This document shows positions 26,946 to 34,907 of a DNA stretch of 36,883 nucleotides, one piece after another. The notes under the pieces were generated by a model that was not told where the DNA came from, searched no databases, and saw only the letters and a program-made list of their open reading frames with translations. Source of the DNA: Candidatus Adlerbacteria bacterium (GTDB lineage Bacteria > Patescibacteriota > Minisyncoccia > Phycocordibacterales > SBAW01); contig JAYUDS010000026.1 of the NCBI GenBank assembly GCA_043739595.1, positions 1 to 36,883 on the forward strand. Direction: 5' to 3'. A program made the position numbers and the translations under genes. The number at the start of each line of letters is the position of its first letter. Position 1 is the stretch's first letter.

Positions 26946-28307
26946 TTATTCGTCTTTTTGAACTTCTGTCTCATTTTCCAAGATGCCGCGCACTTCTTGG
27001 CTGGGTACCAGGTACGTGCTTGCAACACGAGCAATGTCTTTTGGGCCTACTCGTCCAATAAGACCCTCGATTCGGTATCCAAGTGTCCAGTCACCAGCCG
27101 CAATAGATTCCGACACTGCTCTAATGTCTATAAACATGCCATCGCGTTCGTATGCTATCTGGGTCAGCAAACGTTCTTTTGCACGTGCAAGCTCATCTAT
27201 TTTGGGGAGCTCGGTATGAAAATATAAAATTTCCTGCTGCATGATGCGCAGTGCGCGGTTTGGTTTTACTCCATCTGCTAAATGTGCCGTAAAGCTCATA
27301 AAGCCTGGGTCGCGTAGTGCTGGTAATGATAAGGAGAGTTCTGACGCAACACCCGTGTCAACGAGCTTTTTTTGTAAACGGCTGGAAAAGCCGCCGGCCA
27401 GAATCATCCCAAGCACCAATACTGCGGGAAAATCTTTATGAGTCGCCTGAGGAATTCTGTATCCCAGCGATGCAATGGTGATACCGAAGGGCTTTTTAAG
27501 AGAAACATTTTTTGCCGCTTTCTGCGGCGGCTCAACAATACTCATCTCGGGAATTGTATGTGGGGAGGAAGGAATAGGACCAAAGTATTTTACGACCAGC
27601 TTCTCTACTTCGTTCCATGACACGTCGCCAAACACAGCAAGTGTCGCATTGTTTGGCCAGTAATATTTGTCATAAAACTCACGGAGTTTAGCTGCTGTCG
27701 AGCCTTCTATATCTTCCTTAAGTCCGATGGTAGGGATTCGATACGGATGTTTCGTGTAGGCTTGGCTCCACACTTCCTCCTCCAGCAATTCAAATGGGTT
27801 GTTGCGTGAGCGCTCGTACTCATTTCGTACTACGGTCATTTCCGAAGCTAAGTCGGCATCTGAAAAAAGTGACCCACGCATTCGGTCAGCTTCAAGCTCG
27901 AGCGCATCTTTGAGGTGTTCTCGAGGAAGAGCCTCAAAGTAATTGGTACGATCTAACCAAGTCGTTGCATTAACATAGGCCCCCAGCCAGTCAAGATAGC
28001 CGGTGATTTCCCGGCCATTTTTTTTATTAAACTTGGTTGAATCTTTAAAAAGAAGGTGTTCTAGAATATGTGTTGCTCCCGTGTGTCCCGGCGCCTCATT
28101 GCGAGAACCGACATGGAAGGTTATGCACACAGCCACTACAGGAGCCGAACGGTCGCGCTTAAAAAGTACACGCAGGCCATTTGACAAACGGTACTCTATA
28201 ACGCCGAATTCGGCCTTTATTTTCTTGGGGCGGGGTGTGGTCTTCACAAGCGGGTACAATATACCACATATAGGGTTGTAACAATGAAGAGCCGTTTCTA
28301 TAACCAA
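26946..28307 (-). CDS. M16-family zinc peptidase (insulinase-like), catalytic subunit
   Basis: 'GSRNEAPGHTGATHILEHLLFKDS' contains HxxEH. 'RNEYE' supplies the distal Glu region. 453 aa. Confidence 0.85.
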   Translation of the reverse strand: MVIETALHCYNPICGILYPLVKTTPRPKKIKAEFGVIEYRLSNGLRVLFKRDRSAPVVAVCITFHVGSRNEAPGHTGATHILEHLLFKDSTKFNKKNGREITGYLDWLGAYVNATTWLDRTNYFEALPREHLKDALELEADRMRGSLFSDADLASEMTVVRNEYERSRNNPFELLEEEVWSQAYTKHPYRIPTIGLKEDIEGSTAAKLREFYDKYYWPNNATLAVFGDVSWNEVEKLVVKYFGPIPSSPHTIPEMSIVEPPQKAAKNVSLKKPFGITIASLGYRIPQATHKDFPAVLVLGMILAGGFSSRLQKKLVDTGVASELSLSLPALRDPGFMSFTAHLADGVKPNRALRIMQQEILYFHTELPKIDELARAKERLLTQIAYERDGMFIDIRAVSESIAAGDWTLGYRIEGLIGRVGPKDIARVASTYLVPSQEVRGILENETEVQKDE

Positions 28308-28966
28308 TCGATGGGGTTCTTCCCTTTTGTGCGCAAATATGCGTTCGCTAGTGAAAAATGATTGCAGCCAAAGAACCCACTATATGCAGAAAATGGCGAA
28401 GGATGCGTCGCTTCAAGCACCAAATGCTTTGTACGGTCTATATGTAAGCCTTTTTTCTTTGCGTAGTTTCCCCAGAGCATAAATACAATATTTTCCTGTT
28501 TATCAGAAAGTTCTTTCACTACTGCGTCAGTAAATTCTTCCCAACCCTTCCCTTGATGCGAGCCGGGAGTGCGTGCCGAAACTGTAAGCGTTGCATTGAG
28601 AAGCAATACCCCTTGTGTAGCCCAGCGCGACAGATCGCCATTTCGGTTTTTGAGCGGCCGACCATACTCTTTTTCTATTTCTTTAAAAATATTTTGAAGC
28701 GACGGTGGCAATATTACCCCTTCGTCAACCGCAAATGAAAGTCCGTTGGCTTGTCCCGGGCCATGGTATGGGTCTTGGCCAAGTATAATTACTTTTACTT
28801 TGTCGAATGGACAAAGTTCAAATGCTCGAAACACCGCCTTCTGCGGCGGATATGTGGTGTCGGTTTTATATGCTTCTCTTACAAACGTCGAAAGCTCTAT
28901 AAAATAGAGCTTTTCAAGCTCCTCATGCAAATGCTTTTTCCATGAAGGCTCAATTTTGACCTGCAT
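28298..28966 (-). CDS. ung: Uracil-DNA glycosylase, family 1
   Basis: 'VIILGQDPYHGPGQANGLSF', 'LLLNATLTV', 'HPSPFSA'. Confidence 0.93.
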   Translation of the reverse strand: MQVKIEPSWKKHLHEELEKLYFIELSTFVREAYKTDTTYPPQKAVFRAFELCPFDKVKVIILGQDPYHGPGQANGLSFAVDEGVILPPSLQNIFKEIEKEYGRPLKNRNGDLSRWATQGVLLLNATLTVSARTPGSHQGKGWEEFTDAVVKELSDKQENIVFMLWGNYAKKKGLHIDRTKHLVLEATHPSPFSAYSGFFGCNHFSLANAYLRTKGKNPIDWL

Positions 28967-28990
28967 ATAGCAAAGAACACATGTGCGCTA

Positions 28991-29335
28991 CTACATTTTA
29001 AACGAACTGGAACTAAACCCGGGCCGCCTCCCACTTTCTTTAGCAAGGATTGCCTTTTTTTGCTCGGGGCCTCCGCGGTTGTAACCGCCCATGCCACCGT
29101 CTGAGCGGATGACACGGTGGCATGGCACGTCAGGATTGAAATTATTGGACATAATGCTTCCTACAGCACGAAATGCAAGTGGAGACCCTGCTTTTTCTGC
29201 AACTTGTTTGTATGTCATTGTTTTCCCTTCGGGGATTTTAGATACAATTTTGTACACTTTCTGTGCAAAAGGAGTTGTAAACACACGACCGGCTCTTTGT
29301 GGGCTAGAAAAGCTGCCCTGTAGATTCAGACTCAT
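28991..29335 (-). CDS. ogt: Methylated-DNA-protein-cysteine methyltransferase, catalytic/DNA-binding domain only
   Basis: 'PCHRVI' active site, 'TYKQVAEKAGSPLAFRAVGSIMSNN', 114 aa. The first 32 nt overlap the upstream gene. Confidence 0.85.
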   Translation of the reverse strand: MSLNLQGSFSSPQRAGRVFTTPFAQKVYKIVSKIPEGKTMTYKQVAEKAGSPLAFRAVGSIMSNNFNPDVPCHRVIRSDGGMGGYNRGGPEQKKAILAKESGRRPGFSSSSFKM

Positions 29336-30158
29336 CTTTTTGTATAATTACCTTAGTAATAGAAGCTTTTTTTATTATAGCAGAAGGTGCAGCCGTGGAT
29401 CCGGTAAATGGTCGCAATACTTTTCCTACCGCTTCGCGATATGTGCAGTAGTCGCATGTTGTGGCTGATCTCGGCAATTCGTTAGCGTCAAGACATGTTT
29501 TAAGTTGTACTAACGTGTCCTCTATCCAGTCAGTATTTCCTTCATATGGAATGAGTGTCACTTCAAAGTCAAGCCTGCCGTCAAAAGCTTTACGGTCTTT
29601 TGTTGCATTTGCGTATACCCAGTAACCAGTGTTTGAAACGGGAAAGCCTTTTTGTCGCAATAACCATTGGTAAATTTCCATCTGACGCTTATAGCCGTCA
29701 TGCCACGCCTCGTCTAAACTGTCTATCGTTGCATCTTTACTAGTGGCTTTGTAGTCGACAACGATTAACTCACCTTGTGGGTTGGTCCAGACGTCGTCAA
29801 CTGCCCCAGAGACGGTAAAGCCAGTAGCTGTGTGCTTGGTGTCGAGCCCTTTAAAGTTCTCTCGCCATATGTCTATGTCTTTATGCATATAGGGTATCGC
29901 GTCGACACCATATTGCTCCATGATTGGGTGTTTGGTGGCGCGTTCTCGATGGATATCGAATTCTTTCTTGAGCAGGGCGTCTACGGCACTGTTGAGGTTA
30001 AACGGAAAACCGGGAGGCCGGGCCGTTCCTAGTTTGTTGTCAATATAAAAACATCTCGAACATTCCAGATAGAGTGCTATTTTAGAGCGAGAAAGGCGCC
30101 AATTCTGACCGCCATAGTTCCAGTTGGTGTTGCGATGTGGTTTGTAATATTGACTCAT
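29304..30158 (-). CDS. PD-(D/E)XK nuclease, RecB/Cas4-like, with two CxxC pairs
   Basis: 'VDDVW...LIVVDYKAT' gives D...(D/E)xK. 'QMEIYQWLL' gives QxxxY. Cys pairs occur at 'CSRC' near the N-terminus and 'CDYC' near the C-terminus. Confidence 0.65.
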   Translation of the reverse strand: MSQYYKPHRNTNWNYGGQNWRLSRSKIALYLECSRCFYIDNKLGTARPPGFPFNLNSAVDALLKKEFDIHRERATKHPIMEQYGVDAIPYMHKDIDIWRENFKGLDTKHTATGFTVSGAVDDVWTNPQGELIVVDYKATSKDATIDSLDEAWHDGYKRQMEIYQWLLRQKGFPVSNTGYWVYANATKDRKAFDGRLDFEVTLIPYEGNTDWIEDTLVQLKTCLDANELPRSATTCDYCTYREAVGKVLRPFTGSTAAPSAIIKKASITKVIIQKDESESTGQLF

Positions 30159-30206
30159 ACGTTAAGCGTAGTGCCATTGTATCGTATTGCCTAGGCCAAG
30201 TAAAAA

Positions 30207-30683
30207 TTATTTTGCTTCTGTACCCCAACGTACCCGTAACCAATATTCAAGTCTGGATATCAAAGAAAAAATAATGATCCCAAGTATCGTTGTGACGGTA
30301 GCAATAAGAAACAGGCCATAACCACAGGCCATACCTATGGCTGCGACAACCCAAATACCCGTTGCGGTCGTCAGCTCCGCAGGATGTTCTTCCTTACCTT
30401 TAAACGCTGCGAGACCAGTTCCAATGAAGCCCACGCCTATTACGATAGAAGCAGTGATTTGTAGAGGATTCACGCCAGGAAAAACCCCGAGCTGGTAGCT
30501 TGCTAAAGTGCTCACAATAGAGAAAACGCACGAGCCAAGGGATACTAGCGCGTACGTTCTCATGCCAGCATGTTTGCCAACGATAGATCGGTCGAGTCCC
30601 ATGAGGGCTCCGAGCACAACCGCCGCCACCAAGCGCCAGAGAAAAGTTATTTCGACTACAGAAAACGAAGGGTCAGGGTGCAT
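30207..30683 (-). CDS. MgtC/SapB-family membrane protein (membrane domain only)
   Basis: 'LWRLVAAVVLGALMGLDRSIVGKHAGMRTYALVSLGSCVFSIVS' is a typical MgtC N-terminal domain. 158 aa. Confidence 0.85.
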   Translation of the reverse strand: MHPDPSFSVVEITFLWRLVAAVVLGALMGLDRSIVGKHAGMRTYALVSLGSCVFSIVSTLASYQLGVFPGVNPLQITASIVIGVGFIGTGLAAFKGKEEHPAELTTATGIWVVAAIGMACGYGLFLIATVTTILGIIIFSLISRLEYWLRVRWGTEAK

Positions 30684-30700
30684 ACCCTACCCATGATACC

Positions 30701-31438
30701 TTATCGGGTCTGGAATTTTATCCACATCTGACCGCCATTTGCGTCAGGGACCATTTTATCGTCATGAAGATTAAAGGTATGGTCGCCATTATCCACCGCT
30801 GCGCTCATAGCGTAGCTTTTGCCGGGCATTGTTTCACGTAGAAGTTCAACCTTGCCTTCGGTGTCGCCCTTGAAGAACATATTGGCACCCAAGATCCTGC
30901 CAGGAGTACCATTTAGCATTTCGTACACGATAAGCCATGTAGGCTCAGAAACAGATAGCCCTGAGAAGGCTACGCTAGTTCCTGCGTCTTGCGTGGGTAC
31001 TGTAAACGATGCAGTAGCGCCAGAAGCTACGCCGGCATTTTGGGGAGATGTCGAATTTGTAAGAGGTTTGGTTTCGGACAAGTCAGTTGCTCCTGTAACA
31101 GCAGAGTCAGTTGTAGTTGCGGTTGCAGTCGATGTAGCGATATCGGTGCCATATGCAGATTCTGCCAAGTTTGAACGATTGTGAAGTGCAACAATACCCC
31201 ATGCTGCCAAGGCAAAAACCACTACGATTCCAATTATTATGCTGATAACGCGACCGGTAGAGTCTGTGGATTCAGTATGTAACTTATTTGTATTGTAATT
31301 GGTAGGAGTGGTGATAGGTTTCGTTGAATTTGTATTTGCGTTCTTGTTTTGGGTATTTTGCCCTGCTTGGGTCCAAGAAAGACCTGATTTATTCTGAGTA
31401 TCATTCTTCTGATTCGGATTCGGGTTGCCATCTGCCAT
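30701..31438 (-). CDS. Membrane-anchored protein with an N/Q/T-rich low-complexity N-terminus and a C-terminal beta-rich domain, function unknown
   Basis: Start taken at 'MADGNPNPNQKND'. The track ORF's extra 40 aa would overlap the upstream gene. One TM (VISIIIGIVVVFALAAWGIVAL), an S/T-rich linker, then roughly 100 aa of globular sequence. Confidence 0.55.
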   Translation of the reverse strand: MADGNPNPNQKNDTQNKSGLSWTQAGQNTQNKNANTNSTKPITTPTNYNTNKLHTESTDSTGRVISIIIGIVVVFALAAWGIVALHNRSNLAESAYGTDIATSTATATTTDSAVTGATDLSETKPLTNSTSPQNAGVASGATASFTVPTQDAGTSVAFSGLSVSEPTWLIVYEMLNGTPGRILGANMFFKGDTEGKVELLRETMPGKSYAMSAAVDNGDHTFNLHDDKMVPDANGGQMWIKFQTR

Positions 31439-31484
31439 AACGTATATATGTGTGTTTAAAGTAATAAAAACTAATACCCCACCA

Positions 31485-32312
31485 TCATATATCTTTCCCC
31501 GGTATGCACAATGCCCCCACTTCTTCCAACACCGCTTCAGCACGCGCACCTCGCACACCTATCTGAGCCAGTGTTTGAAGCTCGTGCGGAATTTGTGAAC
31601 ATAACACCTTTTTTTGGCTTAACAGCAAGGTTTTTTCAGGACGGGTCAGTGTTGTAAGAGCGGTTACTGGATATAATTTTGCAATATCAATACGTTCATG
31701 TAAATCAACTCCGGTCGGATGATCCCAACTGAGGAGTTCTAACCCTTTGCACGAAGCATATTCTATCGCTTTGGTTGAAAACTTAGTATTAGTTACTACT
31801 AGCCCCCGAAGCGGGACTGCAGGTGTCTTTTTTTGCAAGTCATCCATTCGCGCTTGAACATACAGCACAGTTTTGAGGTCCGTTTTATATCCGGGGTTGT
31901 TATGAAATTTTGCTTCAACGTATATTCGAATGCGCTCTTTGGTTAAAACAACATCCACTTCATGTTCTACGCAAGCACCCTGCACTATCTGGTCAATTCT
32001 TGCCGCGTAGCCTTCTGAGCGAAATAATTCTGCCAGGTAGGCCTCAAAAGGAAAGCCGGAAGGCCCGAATTCCTGTATTGCACGCTTAAGTGAGTAGCGT
32101 GCAGCGGTACCGCGCCGGTGTTGCTGAAGATATGCAAATGCCTTGTGGTAAATTTGGCCGGTTGATATACCGCTGTACAACTCGCGTGTTATTTCTTTGC
32201 TAATTTCTTCTGCAGTGACACTGTTCGCTCCAGCGCGCGAAAGAGATCGATGCAGTTTTGACGGATCGAAGGGTTCCGATGTCCCATCAGCTTTTACGAC
32301 AAGCACGGCCAT
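31485..32312 (-). CDS. ATP-cone domain fused to a restriction-endonuclease-like (Mrr-type PD-(D/E)XK) domain
   Basis: The N-terminus 'VVKADGTSEPFDPSKLHRSLSRAG...EEISKEITRELY...ISTGQIYHKAFAYL' matches the ATP-cone pattern. Then 'FEAYLAELFRSEGY...HEVDVVL...IYVEAKF' matches the Mrr_cat-like D...ExK core. Confidence 0.7.
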   Translation of the reverse strand: MAVLVVKADGTSEPFDPSKLHRSLSRAGANSVTAEEISKEITRELYSGISTGQIYHKAFAYLQQHRRGTAARYSLKRAIQEFGPSGFPFEAYLAELFRSEGYAARIDQIVQGACVEHEVDVVLTKERIRIYVEAKFHNNPGYKTDLKTVLYVQARMDDLQKKTPAVPLRGLVVTNTKFSTKAIEYASCKGLELLSWDHPTGVDLHERIDIAKLYPVTALTTLTRPEKTLLLSQKKVLCSQIPHELQTLAQIGVRGARAEAVLEEVGALCIPGKDI

Positions 32313-32758
32313 TATTTTACTTCAACTACAGAAAAGGTTGCTGCTGCATTGTTGACGTTTACACTGTCGAGCACTGGCTTCTTTTCAGAAGTGTTGGAAG
32401 AGTAAGAGACAGTAAATGGTACCGAAGAAACTTCACGAGTTTGGCACGGTTCGGGCGACTTTGAGATAGTAAATGAGAGTCGCAGGTGTGCTGGCTCACC
32501 TCCTGAAGCTGAAATGCCCGTTAAAAACTCTTCGCACGAGGCAATAGTAACTGAACCAGTGTACACTTCCGAACCATTATTTTTTGAATGGTAAATAGTA
32601 ATTGGACCTTTATTCGAAAAAACAACATTTTTTTCGACTACGGCAGGCGCACTTGTGCGAGGCTGATGTGGAGGCTGGAAGGATGAGACGGCCCACCATG
32701 CGGCGAGTATTACGAATAAAAAGATAATGAGAGAGAACGCACCTACCTCCTTTAACAT
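32312..32758 (-). CDS. Small signal-anchored extracytoplasmic protein, function unknown
   Basis: N-terminal TM (AFSLIIFLFVILAAWWAV) followed by a beta-rich region. Its TAA stop shares one base with the ATG of the ATP-cone gene (TAATG). Confidence 0.5.
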   Translation of the reverse strand: MLKEVGAFSLIIFLFVILAAWWAVSSFQPPHQPRTSAPAVVEKNVVFSNKGPITIYHSKNNGSEVYTGSVTIASCEEFLTGISASGGEPAHLRLSFTISKSPEPCQTREVSSVPFTVSYSSNTSEKKPVLDSVNVNNAAATFSVVEVK

Positions 32759-32781
32759 GACTTGAGTATACGTTGTATCTT

Positions 32782-33855
32782 TTATTTTTGTGTGGACTTA
32801 TCAACAACACCCCCGCCCAAGCATCGGGCGCTATCATATAACACCAACGACTGACCTTCCGGAACATAATGGGGTACATGGAGTTCGACCAACGCACCTC
32901 TCCCCTCTACTGACAGGAGCGTACAAGGTATGAGAGTTTGCCTATAGCGAAAACGAGCTTTATATTCCCCGCAGGCTGCGGTACCTATCCAGTTCGTGTC
33001 GGTGAGAGTGAGCAGAGTTCGAGTTTTTCCAGTAGGAAATTTGTTTTGAGACACCGTAATAGTGTTAAGAAGGGTATCCTTTGCTATAACGAAGCGCGGC
33101 TGCTGCTCCAACTTCGAAGCGTTGAATACGGCAAACCCATGACGTTGTCCGAGTGTATAAAGTATCGACCCATTATGGCGGCCTATTACCTCTCCACTTT
33201 CAGAAAGTACGTTTCCGGACTGAGGATGCAATTCTTTTTCGAGCATGTCTTCCACTGATATGTTTCCCAAAAAGCATAATCCTTGGCTGTCCTTGCGGCG
33301 TGCATTAGGAAGGCCAAATTTTTTTGCAAGTGTACGAACAATACTTTTGGTCTTTTGACCAACGGGGAACAACGTGCGGGACAATTGCGCCTCTTGTACC
33401 ATCCATAAAAAATAACTTTGGTCTTTTTCTGAGTCAACACTCGTGCGTAGCGTTGTAAAAGTTTTTTTCGAGACTCCACTTACGGTTTGTGCATAATGCC
33501 CCGTTGCTACAAAGTCAGCACCCATAGACATGGCGTAGTCAAAAAATAACCCAAACTTTACTTCCCTGTTGCAGAGCGTGTCCGGGTTGGGTGTGCGGCC
33601 GCGGGCAAACTCTGTAAGTGTGTAGGCAAACACCTTTTCTTTGTAGGCAATTGATAGGTCTATTTCTCGAAAAGGTATGCGAAGATGCGCCGCCACACGC
33701 ATGGCCTCCAGTCGGTCTTGTACGGCTGGGCAGGGGTACCCCGGCAGTGCTATGCGAATGAATACCCCAGTCACATCAAAGCCTGCTCGCTTCAGTAACG
33801 CTGCAGATACGGCAGAGTCGACTCCGCCTGATAAACCAACAAATACTTTTTTCAT
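32782..33855 (-). CDS. mnmA: tRNA-specific 2-thiouridylase
   Basis: PP-loop 'GLSGGVDSAVSA', 'ATGHYA', 'KDQSYFL', 'DSQGLCFLG'. Confidence 0.93.
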   Translation of the reverse strand: MKKVFVGLSGGVDSAVSAALLKRAGFDVTGVFIRIALPGYPCPAVQDRLEAMRVAAHLRIPFREIDLSIAYKEKVFAYTLTEFARGRTPNPDTLCNREVKFGLFFDYAMSMGADFVATGHYAQTVSGVSKKTFTTLRTSVDSEKDQSYFLWMVQEAQLSRTLFPVGQKTKSIVRTLAKKFGLPNARRKDSQGLCFLGNISVEDMLEKELHPQSGNVLSESGEVIGRHNGSILYTLGQRHGFAVFNASKLEQQPRFVIAKDTLLNTITVSQNKFPTGKTRTLLTLTDTNWIGTAACGEYKARFRYRQTLIPCTLLSVEGRGALVELHVPHYVPEGQSLVLYDSARCLGGGVVDKSTQK

Positions 33856-34904
33856 TTTAAATACTTACGCTGGTTTGCGAGTTGTTCTGCATACGTGACA
33901 CTGTAGTGGAAATTACCATGCATATCAGAAAGATAAAAGATGTAGTTAGACTTGACTGGGTTCGCTGCGGCTAATATGGAATCCATGCCTGGATTTGTAA
34001 TTGGCCCAGGTGGCAGGCCTTTGTTTATGTAAGTATTGTACGGCGAATTAGTTTTAAGGTCCGCACGGCTAAGTTCAAACGTATTTTTCCCCAAAATATA
34101 AGGAAACACTGCATCAACTTGCAACGGCATGCCTATTTCAATTCGATGCCAAAGAATCCCAGCTATCATACGGCGTCCCTCCGTCTCGTTTGCCTCTTTT
34201 TCGAGCAATGATGCCATGGTTATAATATCAGCAAGCGGTTTATCGAACATTGCTATTTGTTGCTCAACTTCAGGCTCAGTAATATGTCGCTTAAAGTTAG
34301 ACTCAAGCGTTGAAATTATTGCTATCGGATCTTGTCCTGGTAAAAAAAAGTACGTATCAGGGAAAAGATACCCTTCTTTGGACTGTGAGTCTTCAAGAAA
34401 AGCTTGCTTATCAAAGTCAGGTATTTTCTTAGCCAACACGTCCGCCATCTGAAAAGTGCTAACCCCTTCAGGGATAGTAACTTTGACCGGAACAAGTTCA
34501 AAGTCTCCTCTGGCAAGCCGCCTCCCTATCGTTAGTACGTTCTGTGCACTCGGGAAAAAATATTCGCCAGACATGACCAATGTTTTTGACCCATATAGCT
34601 TTGTCACCAACTTGAACATATATTCCGAATGAATGATGTGTTTGTCTTTGAGTTTTCGTGCCACAGAAGCTACCGGTTCGTCTTTGTCTATTTTAACTAG
34701 CGTCGCACCAGGGAAATTAAGAGGAGGCGCAATGGTGAGGAAGAAAATTAAAAAACATAACACTCCGAATAAAAAAGCAGTCGGGAGCAATCGGTCATAG
34801 AATCGCCACCTTCGGCACCATTCATCGCATACGCCGGCTACTCGGCCAACATGAGTCCGGGCACGTATAGGTGAAGTATTTGAGTCTTTAAGCTCGATCG
34901 ACAT
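33852..34904 (-). CDS. mltG: Endolytic murein transglycosylase MltG (YceG-like)
   Basis: N-terminal anchor, 'EGYLFPDTYFF', 'ITMASLLEKEA', 'GILWHRIEIGMPLQVDA', 'SPYNTYINKGLPPGPITNPG'. Its stop overlaps the mnmA start in an ATGA arrangement. Confidence 0.9.
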   Translation of the reverse strand: MSIELKDSNTSPIRARTHVGRVAGVCDEWCRRWRFYDRLLPTAFLFGVLCFLIFFLTIAPPLNFPGATLVKIDKDEPVASVARKLKDKHIIHSEYMFKLVTKLYGSKTLVMSGEYFFPSAQNVLTIGRRLARGDFELVPVKVTIPEGVSTFQMADVLAKKIPDFDKQAFLEDSQSKEGYLFPDTYFFLPGQDPIAIISTLESNFKRHITEPEVEQQIAMFDKPLADIITMASLLEKEANETEGRRMIAGILWHRIEIGMPLQVDAVFPYILGKNTFELSRADLKTNSPYNTYINKGLPPGPITNPGMDSILAAANPVKSNYIFYLSDMHGNFHYSVTYAEQLANQRKYLK

Positions 34905-34907
34905 ATA

